DNA of 32,026 nucleotides from Sarea resinae (lineage: Eukaryota): the NCBI GenBank assembly GCA_026026165.1, contig JAPEUD010000124.1:1-32026 (forward strand), given 5' to 3'. Below, piece after piece: positions 23,408 through 32,026 of this stretch. The first letter of the stretch is position 1, and every line of letters begins with the position of its first letter. A program made the translations under genes and the position numbers. The notes below the pieces were generated by a model that was not told the DNA's origin, searched no databases, and saw only the letters and a list, made by a program, of their open reading frames with translations.

Positions 23408-24343
23408 TTATTCGGTCATCAGCTCCACGGGCGGCCGAGCAGTACGGAACGGCTGTTCTTGATCCCCGCTCTCCAGGCCGCCCCCCGGCGACGGTATCGG
23501 ACTCGGGTCGGCTTCCCCGGTGGTGTCGACTACGGCGATGGTGGGCAGGTGCGGGCTGTCGCCGTGGTCGTGCGGGTGGTAGATCATGGTCGTCGAGCCC
23601 GAGCGTTGCCGTCGCGCCGCCGCCGCGGCTGCGGCTGCGTCCGTGTTTGGGTCCTCGACGATGCCGTCGTGCTCATCGTTTGCGGTGGGGCTGACGGGCG
23701 ACGAGGGCTCGTCGTTGCCGCTGGGGCGCGCGTGCAGTCTGGCTAGCGCCGTGGCCAGGTCCTCTGGATGCACTTCCTTATTCGGCGGGCCCTCGTTGCG
23801 CATTTCCCAGCCGCACGGCGGCGAGGGCGGCGGCGAGATGAAGAACAGTTTCGCCGACTTGGGCAGGTGCAGGTGCTGGTCGGTCGGGTTGATGGGCGTC
23901 GGTTCGCCAAAGTAGATGCGTGCTAGATGCGTGACGTCGCCGCTATCGCCCATGATGGGCTGGTTGTCCAGCAGAGACCGGATGTGGATGGCGCTCTCGA
24001 CATCGTGAAAGGAGACGATGATTCGTCGGAAGGATTTCAGGGGCGACCAGGTGTGGATGGGTGCTTCGGTGTTGATGAGGTCGCGGATGGTGAGGAGGTT
24101 GGCGGGGTGGAAGATTTGCGGGTCTTGGAGGTTCTGTGTCGGAGGAGTCAGTTTTGGGGGTGGAGAAGGTGGCGGGAGAGCTGGACGTACGGTGATGAGG
24201 AGGGTGTTTGATGGGGGCGAGGGCTGGATCAGGGGCGGGAGAGTGGAGAGATCGAGGGAGAGAGGGGTTTTGCGTCCGGCTTTGGTCGAGGAGGTGCTGG
24301 AGGAGCGGGAGCGTGGTGGCGAGGTCGTGGGAGAGGACGTCAT
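23408..24343 (-). CDS. RCN1: Calcipressin, regulator of calcineurin (RCAN); exons 24343-24191, 24133-23408; 292 aa
   Basis: SNTLLITNL, WSPLKSFRRIIVSF, hallmark LFFISPPPSPP, PxIxIT-like PTIAVVDT and C-terminal RTARPPV. Intron 24134-24190 (GTACGT..ACTGAC..CAG). Confidence 0.93.
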   Translation of the reverse strand: MTSSPTTSPPRSRSSSTSSTKAGRKTPLSLDLSTLPPLIQPSPPSNTLLITVRPALPPPSPPPKLTPPTQNLQDPQIFHPANLLTIRDLINTEAPIHTWSPLKSFRRIIVSFHDVESAIHIRSLLDNQPIMGDSGDVTHLARIYFGEPTPINPTDQHLHLPKSAKLFFISPPPSPPCGWEMRNEGPPNKEVHPEDLATALARLHARPSGNDEPSSPVSPTANDEHDGIVEDPNTDAAAAAAAARRQRSGSTTMIYHPHDHGDSPHLPTIAVVDTTGEADPSPIPSPGGGLESGDQEQPFRTARPPVELMTE

Positions 24344-24801
24344 GGTGGTGGTGGTGGTGGTATTGTGTCTCTTGAGAATGAGGGATTGATGTGAAGAGGG
24401 AGAGATGAGCGAGAGAGTGAGAGTGTCCGCAGTGATCTTGATTGCAGTTTTGGCACTGGAGAGGTGAGAGTGAAGTGACTGAGAAGAAAGCGGCGGGTTG
24501 AGAGCTTTATCTGTCGGGCTGGCGTTTCCATGCAGGCGCAGCAGCAGCCGATGATGTTGCAGAGGAGCAGAGGAGCGGAGGGTAAGTGTCGGTGTCGTGT
24601 CGGAACGGGGTCTGGGCGGGAAGATCCCGCTCGCTTGCTGCGGGACTCCGGAGCAGGAGCAGGTGGCCGGTCTGGAACGACGTAGAAGGGACGGGGGCGA
24701 GTACATGCAAAGACACGGACGAGGGCACAGCCACAGTGGCAACGCAAGTACTGGGCGTATTCTTCGAGATCCCATCGACGACGGCAATCGCCGCTCAGCT
24801 T

Positions 24802-24897
24802 CATCCATCCAGCCATGCATTCATCCATTCATCCATTCATTCACTCACTTCACTCTCTGTCTCATCTACCAGCACAGCACAGCACAGCACAGCACAG
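24802..24897. repeat. (CATC/CATT)n and (AGCAC)5 microsatellites in the RCN1/RPB3 divergent promoter
   Basis: Tetramer run at about 24802-24849 and (AGCAC)5 at 24871-24895. Confidence 0.85.
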
Positions 24898-25069
24898 CCG
24901 GCCCACCTTTCATGAATGAGCCTCTTTCGATCTGAACATCAACATTTGCGCCCTCAACACTTCCTGAACGAGCATCACCGCCATCAATCACATCCCCACG
25001 CGCTGTGGCGCAACCTGAACCAGTCTCTCTCCTCTCCTCTCGCCGCCACACTCCCCACACTCCTTCATC

Positions 25070-26314
25070 ATGGATTACGATGCCATGGCCATGGACACCG
25101 AGGACGCCGGTCCCGGTGTCACCGTCCGCGAGGTGAGTGCTGTATCGGTGTTGCGATCAGCACGAGCGGTGGATACTCATGTTTCGTACAGGCCGAGCCC
25201 AGACTCGTCGACTTCACCCTTTCCAATGTCGACCTCGCCTTTGCCAACTCCCTCCGCCGTACCATCCTCGCCGAAGTCCCCACCATGGCCATTGACCTCG
25301 TCGAGGTCGAAGCCAACACCTCCGTCCTAGCTGACGAGTTCATCGCCCACCGCCTCGGCCTCATCCCGCTCAACTCCAAAAACGTCGACGACGTCTTGTA
25401 CACGCGCGAGTGCGAATGCGATCAATACTGCGAACACTGCAGCGTCACCCTAACCCTCGAGGCGCGCTGTACGAGCGACGAAGTCATGAAGGTCTATGCG
25501 CGAGATCTCGTCGTCAAGGAGCCCCGGCCGAACGAGTGGGTCGGCAAACCCGTCATCTCAGACGAAGCGGGCCAGGGCGCGGTGATCGCCAAGCTGCGCA
25601 AGGGCCAGGAGTTGCGCATGAAGTGTATCGCGAAGAAGGGCATCGCCAAGGAGCACGCCAAATGGGCGCCCACGAGCGCCGTCGGTTTCGAATACGACCC
25701 GCACAACAATCTGCGCCACCTGGACTACTGGTACGAGGAAGACCCAGTCAAAGAATGGTACGTGCCCCATCTGCGCTTTTCGCATTCTGCTTCCGCTGAC
25801 TCGCGATCGATGGCACGATTGAAGGCCCAAATCAGCCAACACGGAATGGGAAGACCCGCCGCCCGCGGACCAGCCGTTCGACTACGATGCCATGCCCACG
25901 CGCTACTACTACAACGTGGAATCCATCGGCTCGCTCGAACCGGACGCCATCGTCCAGCAGGGCATCAAAGTGCTGCAGCAGAAGCTCGCGGCCGTGATCC
26001 AGGACCTCACGGGTGGCGACGAAGGGGCCGGACTGGCGAATGGCGCAGGCGCGCGACACGGGACGAATGGAATGATCGACGACGACGGTTTCGGCGTGCG
26101 AAGTCCCGGCATCGGCGGCGGCGTCAACGGCATGAATGGCATCAACGGCGACTACGGGCTCGAGAACGGCTACACGACGCCGTACGTCAATGGCGGGGGT
26201 GCAAGTGCCTGGGGCGGCGGTGTTGGAGCAGGCGCCGGAGGTGCACTCGGCGGCGCCACGCCGTACGGAGCAACGCCATATGGCCAAACCGGTGGTGGTG
26301 GCGGGTGGGCGTGA
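25070..26314 (+). CDS. RPB3: RNA polymerase II subunit RPB3; exons 25070-25132, 25192-25757, 25825-26314; 372 aa
   Basis: [37 protein letters not shown], Zn site [29 protein letters not shown]. Introns 25133-25191 (GTGAGT..CAG) and 25758-25824 (GTACGT..GCTGAC..AAG). Confidence 0.96.
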
Positions 26315-26499
26315 TGTCGGCGCTTTTCCGCTGTTTCTTCTTCTCCATGCATCTATCCATCTATTCCGTTCAGCCCGGTCAGGTTTCCCTTTGGGAGCCG
26401 ACTCGTATGGATTCTGTCTGTATTCTTACGTCTCTTTGTGCTCTTAGCCCCGAATGTCTCGCGTCCCGTCCCCAAGCGCCAACTCCGCAGTCCACACAT

Positions 26500-27126
26500 T
26501 CACCAACTCATCCCACCACCTACCTCCTTTTCTTCCCTCTTGCTCTTCCTATTCCCCCGCTGATCTCACCCTTCAACCACAACAATCAAAAGCACCTCCC
26601 CTTCCCCCTCGACCTTCCTTCCTCTGCCTCTCTCCCCCCCCCCCTCCCTATCCGTCATATGTCAGGCAATTGACCTCTTTTCTTCCGTCCCGCCTCTTCT
26701 CTGCCCCCGCCCTCTTCTGTTCCCTGCCCTCTCTCCCTCTTCCTCTCTCTTCATTGTCTGTATGTATATATAAGCGTGGTATGGATGGTTGAGGTGTGAC
26801 AGCCATCCTATCTCCAACCTCTCCGACCTCTCCAAAAAGGAAATCTGAAAACTGTTGCTATCCATCTATCTTCCTGATCGTCACAGTCACGAATCACCGA
26901 AATCCACAATGGGGGCGATGACGGTGACGGTGACGGTGACGGTGCAACGGATATAGGATACAGGATCGAGTGACGACAGTAGACTGGTGGGCAAAGGTAG
27001 ATAGATGAATACATCTCCACCTCCACCTCCACCTCCACCTATAGCTATGTGCATGTGGTAGTAGTAGTAGTAGTAGAAGTAGTAGTAGTAGTAGTAGTAG
27101 AAGTAGTAGTAGTAGAAGTAGTAGTA

Positions 27127-27159
<33 letters not shown>

Positions 27160-28090
27160 TTGTTTCAGGAGAACAGTACCCATCTATCCCATCTATCCTA
27201 TCCTATCCTATCCCACTTCATCGTATCCTATCCTATCCTATCCCATTCCATTCCATCCTGTACACTACTATCCTATCCCATTCCATCCTGTACACGACTA
27301 TCCTATCCCATCCTATCCCCCTATCCCCCAACTCACCATTCCATCCATCCCATCCATCCATCCATATATACTATGCAATGCAATGCAATGCAATGCTATG
27401 CAATCTATGGCACAGAGATGCCGTTCTTTCTATTCTATTCTATTCTATTCGATTCTATTCTACTCTACTCTATCAGTCTACAGGCCCCTCCCTTCCCCTC
27501 CCCCACCCCCTCCCCCTTAGGCCCACTGACAAACAAAAAGATATGTACGCCCGTGCCTGTGCTTGGCTACTATGCCATGTCTGTCTATGTCTCTCTGTGT
27601 CCGTGTGTAGAGGTAGAGATAGAGATACAAGAAGGATAAGAACAATGACAATAAGGAAAATGATTATGAGGAGGTGTGAGTAGGTGGGAGGGCGGTGGTG
27701 GTGGCGGTGGTGGTGGGGCCCAGATGGCATGGAGAGGGTGCGTGTGTGATGGGGTGAGCGGGGTGGAGGATGCATGGTTAGGGAAGAAGGTGAAGATTCG
27801 TACGGGAGAGCAGCGGAGGGGGGGGGATTGGACAGGGAGACAGCGAGGGGGATGAGAAGGAACGAAAGATGCAAGAGAGGCGGATGATAGAATAGCAAAA
27901 CGCCACAATTGACTTTGCTCACCGAGAAAAGTATCTAGTTCTCGAACAGAGAAATAAGGGACATACAGGAGAAAAGGAGGTATGCACAAGAAACGGTAGG
28001 AGAAGAACCAAAGAAAGGAAAACGCCGTTGGGTACACGCATGCAGAATAGAACACCAAGGAGAATTAACAAAAACGAAGAAGTCGAGGAG
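26500..28090. repeat. Microsatellite-dense convergent intergenic region (RPB3/DIC1): (TGACGG)4 26919-26942, (CTCCAC)4 27015-27040, (GTA/GAA)34 27058-27159, YYRYY pentamers with a 30-bp duplication 27180-27320, (ATGCA)n, (CTATT)n
   Basis: Read directly. The 30-bp unit TTCCATCCTGTACACKACTATCCTATCCCA occurs at 27251-27280 and 27281-27310. Confidence 0.9.
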
Positions 28091-28096
28091 AAAAGT

Positions 28097-29251
28097 CTAC
28101 TCGTCGTTCAAGCCCTTGAGATGCCGATAGATCTTCTTATGCTGTTCCAGGAACAAAAAGGTCGCGATGGTATGTGGGCCCAAGCGGACGAAACTCGGCA
28201 CCCAGCCGCGGAACATCCACGACAAGCCCTCGGCGCGGAAGATGTCCGTCAGGATGCGCACGAGGCTCTTATTCTCGGCGCTGCTCATGACGCGCGTCTT
28301 GATGACGTCGGCGGGACTGCAGACGGTCGTGGCCACGAAGCCGGCGCACAGGCTGGCCGCAAAGTGCGTGCTCAGCCCGTCCGGCAGCGCCGTGTGCGCC
28401 AGAATCGCCGACTTGAACTGATCGTACGACGCGAGCTGCGAGGCCGTCATCAGCACCGCCCGTGCGCTGTTGGGCCATGCGCCGCGCAATAGCGATTTCC
28501 ATCCCTCTTCGCGCGTCATGCGCACGAGGCCGTGGAGGGCATTGCGGTAGTTGCGCCGTTCGGCTGCGGGCAGCGAGGCGTCGTACTGCATGCGCACGTT
28601 GATGATGTCGGCGGGGTTGCCGGCAAGGCCGCCGATGAAGCCGGAGAAGGAAGCGATGGCCACGAGCGTCGGGAGGGAGGGCGGGGCTGCATTTGAGTCG
28701 GGGGGAGTGATGCGCGATTTGAGTTCGCTGTAGATGCCGAACCGCGTCGTGCTGTACGTCAATTGGCGGAGGAGACTGGCGGAGAGCTGAGGATGTTTTG
28801 GTCAGCTGGGAAAGACGAGAACGACGGGAGAGGGGAACCTACGCCGCTGTAGAGACCACGCAGACCGGATTCTTTGACAACGTGGACAAACATGCTCGTC
28901 ATGCGCTTGCTGGGCGCATCTTTGCCTGCTGTTTGAAGACGCACCTAGATTTGGTTGTGTCAGTATAAGGTCGAGAGAAAGCAGTTTTCGGTGCACCGGA
29001 GGAATCTACCTTCACTATTTGAAAGATTAGCAAGCTTTTCGTCGGCAGCATTCAGAGAGCAGGGAGAGGCACTCACCCAGATCAAGGGGATGCGTCACAG
29101 AGGCAGCAAAACAAGACGCCGACCCGCCAAACCAGAACGGATAGTGAATGTTCTTCTCTCTGCGCGTTTCGACGCTTTTCCTCGGCACGGACATGTTGGG
29201 CTTAGAGGAAGCGGCAGCGGGCGTCATCGCAGTGGCAGATGCAGGAGCCAT
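28097..29251 (-). CDS. DIC1: Mitochondrial dicarboxylate carrier (SLC25 family); exons 29251-29077, 29014-29010 (5 nt), 28944-28843, 28786-28097; 323 aa
   Basis: YPFWFGGSASCFAA..THPLDLVKVRLQT, GLSASLLRQLTYSTTRFGIY, GNPADIINVRMQ, RRNYRNALHGL, SQLASYD, CSPADVIKTRVM, PSFVRLGPHT. Three carrier repeats; 972 nt in frame. Confidence 0.92.
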
Positions 29252-29746
29252 GCTTTCGAATTCATTCGACCTTCAAACGGAGATGTTGTGCGGGCGTTGG
29301 CGGTTTTGGGGCCGCGGTTTTGCGGCGTAGCGGGTGAGGTAGGGTCGGGCGGAGCGACGATAACGATCAGCCTACTGCTGGGGTGAGATCATTCGACTAG
29401 GAGAATGTCGGACTTCAGGAATAGGAGCAATTGGGCTCTTGAAGTTGCATTTGCTTTTTCGTCGAGGAAGGCTGAGATGAGATGAGCGATTTGATGGAGA
29501 TGTACTACAGTAATAAGCGTCAAGCGTGCAGCTCTTCGAGCCGCCCTGGAGTCCTTGTCGATGTTTTTCCGACGGCGTCCTGGGATCCGACGAGGCTCGC
29601 ATAGGGTAACGAGTGCCGAGTGCAGAGTGCAGAGGATACCGAAAGTACCTTAGAGATCGTGAGAAACGCAACGCCATTACGGAGCACTCCGTCCTCTTGT
29701 TGACAGAGCGGGCATCCTCCAGTCTTCCACTGGCGCGTCTCAAGCG

Positions 29747-31423
29747 ATGAAGCTTCTTGCGACGGGCAGAGCTCTTGGAGCTGCGGCTGCCGTCAGGAGC
29801 AAGTACAGGACGGCGAGGGCGGCGGCGACAGCAGCAGCAGTAGCAGCTCGGCCGTGCTGTCAATGTCGATATCAGTCAACGAGTCAGTCTGCTTTTGCTT
29901 CTCTCCGGTCCTCAAGCCATTGCTGATCATGACTATATAACGCAGATACAGCTGCATCTGCTGCTACAGCTCCTGCTGCTGCTGATCCCGCCAGCCCCGC
30001 AACGCCCAGCAGCCTCACCATCGAAGGCCGCACCTATCCCACCGACAACTGGACCAACGTGCCCTCCACCATCCTCTCCGCCATCCCCCGCCGTCTCCAC
30101 CTCGAACCGGACCACCCAATTGCCATCACCCGCGCGATCATCGAGTCCCAGTTCCCGTCGCCGACCTACAGAAAGTACAACACGCTCTTCCCCGTCGTCA
30201 GCGTGGCGCAGAACTTCGACTCCCTGGGCTTCCCCGCGGACCACCCGGGCCGCTCCCGCACCGACACCTACTACCTGAACCGATCCACCGTCCTGCGCAC
30301 CCACACGTCCGCCCACCAAGCCGACACCTTCCGCGCCAACGAGAGCGATGGCTTCCTCATCAGCGCCGACGTCTATCGCCGCGACGCCATCGACCGGAGC
30401 CACTACCCCGTCTTCCACCAGATGGAGGGCGCGCGCATGTGGGACCGCAACACGGTGCGCGACGGCGACATCGCGCGAGCCGTCTGGGCCGACGTTGCCA
30501 AGCTGCCCACGCACAACATCAAGGTCGAAGACCCCAATCCGACCATGCACGCCGAACGCAACCCGCTCCAAGCGGACCACCACTCCGCCGAGGAGGTCGA
30601 GGCCATGGCCACGCACCTCAAGCGAACGCTCGAGAACGTCGTCGTGGAGATCTTCACCAAAGCCCACCTCGCGGCCCTCGCGGCCGACTCCTCACTGACC
30701 GCGGACTCCCTGGAGCCCCTCCAGGTGCGCTGGGTAGAAGCCTACTTCCCCTTCACCTCGCCGAGCTGGGAGCTCGAAGTCTTCTACATGGGCGACTGGC
30801 TCGAGGTGCTCGGCTGCGGCATCGTGCAGCAGCACCTGCCGATCCAAGCGGGCGTCCCCTCGAAGCTCGGCTGGGCCTTTGGCGTCGGCCTCGAGCGCAT
30901 CGCCATGCTGCTCTTCTCGATCCCGGACATCCGCCTCTTCTGGTCGCGCGACCCGCGCTTCCTGTCGCAGTTCTCCGCCGCCAACACCACGCCCTCGCGC
31001 TTCGTGCCATTTTCCAAATACCCCGCCGCCTACAAGGACGTGGCGTTCTGGGTCCCGTCGTCGTCACCATCATCACCTACAACTACAACAACAAGCACCT
31101 CGCAAACCAGCACCAGCAGCAACAGCAACGTCACAGACGTCAGCGCAGCCGGCGGCCAAGACCGCGCCGACGCCTCCGCGGCCCCGGCCTCGCTCTTCCA
31201 CGAAAACGACGTCATGGAGCTCGTGCGCGAAGTCGGCGGCGACCTCGTCGAGGACGTCAAGCTGATCGACGACTTCCGCCACCCGAAGACGGGCCGCCAG
31301 AGCCTCTGCTACCGCATCAACTACCGCAGTCTGGAGCGCACGCTGACGTCGGCCGAGGCCAATGGCCTGCACGACCGCATCCGGGATGGCTTGGTGGAGA
31401 AGTTGGGCGTGGTGTTGCGGTGA
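29747..31423 (+). CDS. MSF1: Mitochondrial phenylalanyl-tRNA synthetase; exons 29747-29882, 29946-31423; 537 aa
   Basis: Arg/Ala-rich presequence (..CRYQST). NFDSLGFPADHPGRSRTDTYY, LRTHTSAHQ, YRRDAIDRSHYPVFHQMEG, YFPFTSPSWELE, GWAFGVGLERIAMLLF and a C-terminal FDX-ACB domain. Intron 29883-29945 (GTCAGT..GCTGAT..CAG), phase 1. Confidence 0.95.
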
Positions 31424-31631
31424 GGTGGGATGAGGGGAGGGGAGGGGAGGTAAGATGGGAGGGTGTGCGCAGAGGAGGTTGGCTTGACTCGCCTGCCCTG
31501 CCCTGCCCTGCCCTGTCGCGCTGTAGATCTATATCTGTAAATCCTTGTAACACGTACGGTAGCAAATAGATACCGATATCCAAGACCTCAAAAAGAGAAA
31601 CTCCGCATCCCCTTTTCGGACTTTTTTCTAG

Positions 31632-31709
<78 letters not shown>

Positions 31710-31812
31710 CCCCACTGATCACACTTGCTTGCTTGCATGTATGTATGTATGCATGCATGCATGTATGCAGTTTCGCGTCACTTGCTTTCATACACGATAC
31801 ATACATACATAC
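31424..31812. repeat. Microsatellites downstream of MSF1: purine pentamers 31424-31460, (CCCTG)n 31492-31515, (CTTT)19 31632-31707, (ATGT/ATGC)n, (TACA)n
   Basis: Read directly from the sequence. Confidence 0.9.
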
Positions 31813-32002
31813 GAGAGTGATATCAATGATAAGGTAGATAGTTCATCCCACCATCGAGGACCATCGATGGACAAACAGGGCAGCAAAGGGGTTCTTTCAT
31901 CTGCTGTTTCGATCCAGCCGCGCTACTTCGGTGATCTCAAGGGAATGTTCTTCTCAGTGACAAAGGGAACAGCGATCAAGGGGGTTACGATGTGAAAGGC
32001 GG

Positions 32003-32025
32003 CCCCCCCCCCCCCCCCCCCCCCC
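32003..32025. repeat. Poly-C homopolymer (C23) at window end
   Basis: Uninterrupted C run. Confidence 0.95.
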
Positions 32026-32026
32026 A

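Noticed and set aside
24344..24820. 159-codon in-frame N-terminal extension of RCN1
   Set aside because: Low-complexity, C-rich stop-poor sequence spanning the divergent promoter; homology and a good ACCATG context begin at 24343. Not fully excluded without TSS data.
24916..26673. 585-aa ORF suggesting an extended or fused RPB3
   Set aside because: Read-through of introns in a GC-rich gene; the three-exon model restores the conserved Rpb3 sequence.
26887..27639. Poly-Tyr and poly-Val ORFs
   Set aside because: Translations of the (GTA)n microsatellite and pentamer arrays.
28945..29077. [D1,2] stwintron as the main DIC1 splicing route
   Set aside because: It would give PLDLVRLQT and lose the conserved Lys; the microexon model fits the carrier signature.
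30439..31569. 376-aa alternative-frame ORF over MSF1
   Set aside because: Arg/Pro/Ala-rich frame artefact of high GC3.

Overview
Gene-dense window from a filamentous ascomycete (Pezizomycotina-type spliceosomal genes with 44-149 nt GT-AG introns), bounded at both ends by poly-C tracts that probably mark assembly breaks. I rebuilt 11 spliced protein-coding genes by hand; each joins in frame across its introns (protein lengths given where the start is fixed). In order: an MFS sugar/polyol porter (-), Dicer-like 2 (-), proteasome alpha-2 PRE8 (-), a RING-CH membrane E3 ligase (+), an orphan 366-aa protein (+), a Uds1-domain protein (+), mitochondrial GrpE MGE1 (+), calcipressin RCN1 (-), RNA Pol II RPB3 (+), mitochondrial dicarboxylate carrier DIC1 (-) and mitochondrial PheRS MSF1 (+). 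I saw no mobile element, CRISPR array, tRNA or rRNA, and no clear novel multi-gene system. The most interesting signals are: (1) an Spt5-CTR-like repeat tail on RPB3; (2) many unrelated 5-bp-periodic arrays that share one purine/pyrimidine skeleton; (3) a compositional mosaic of GC3-rich, microsatellite-dense flanks around a plain centre; (4) a 5-nt microexon that supplies the DIC1 signature motif; (5) clustered CreA-type and TACTCCGTA motifs upstream of the transporter; (6) an orphan protein carrying a DSGxxS degron.
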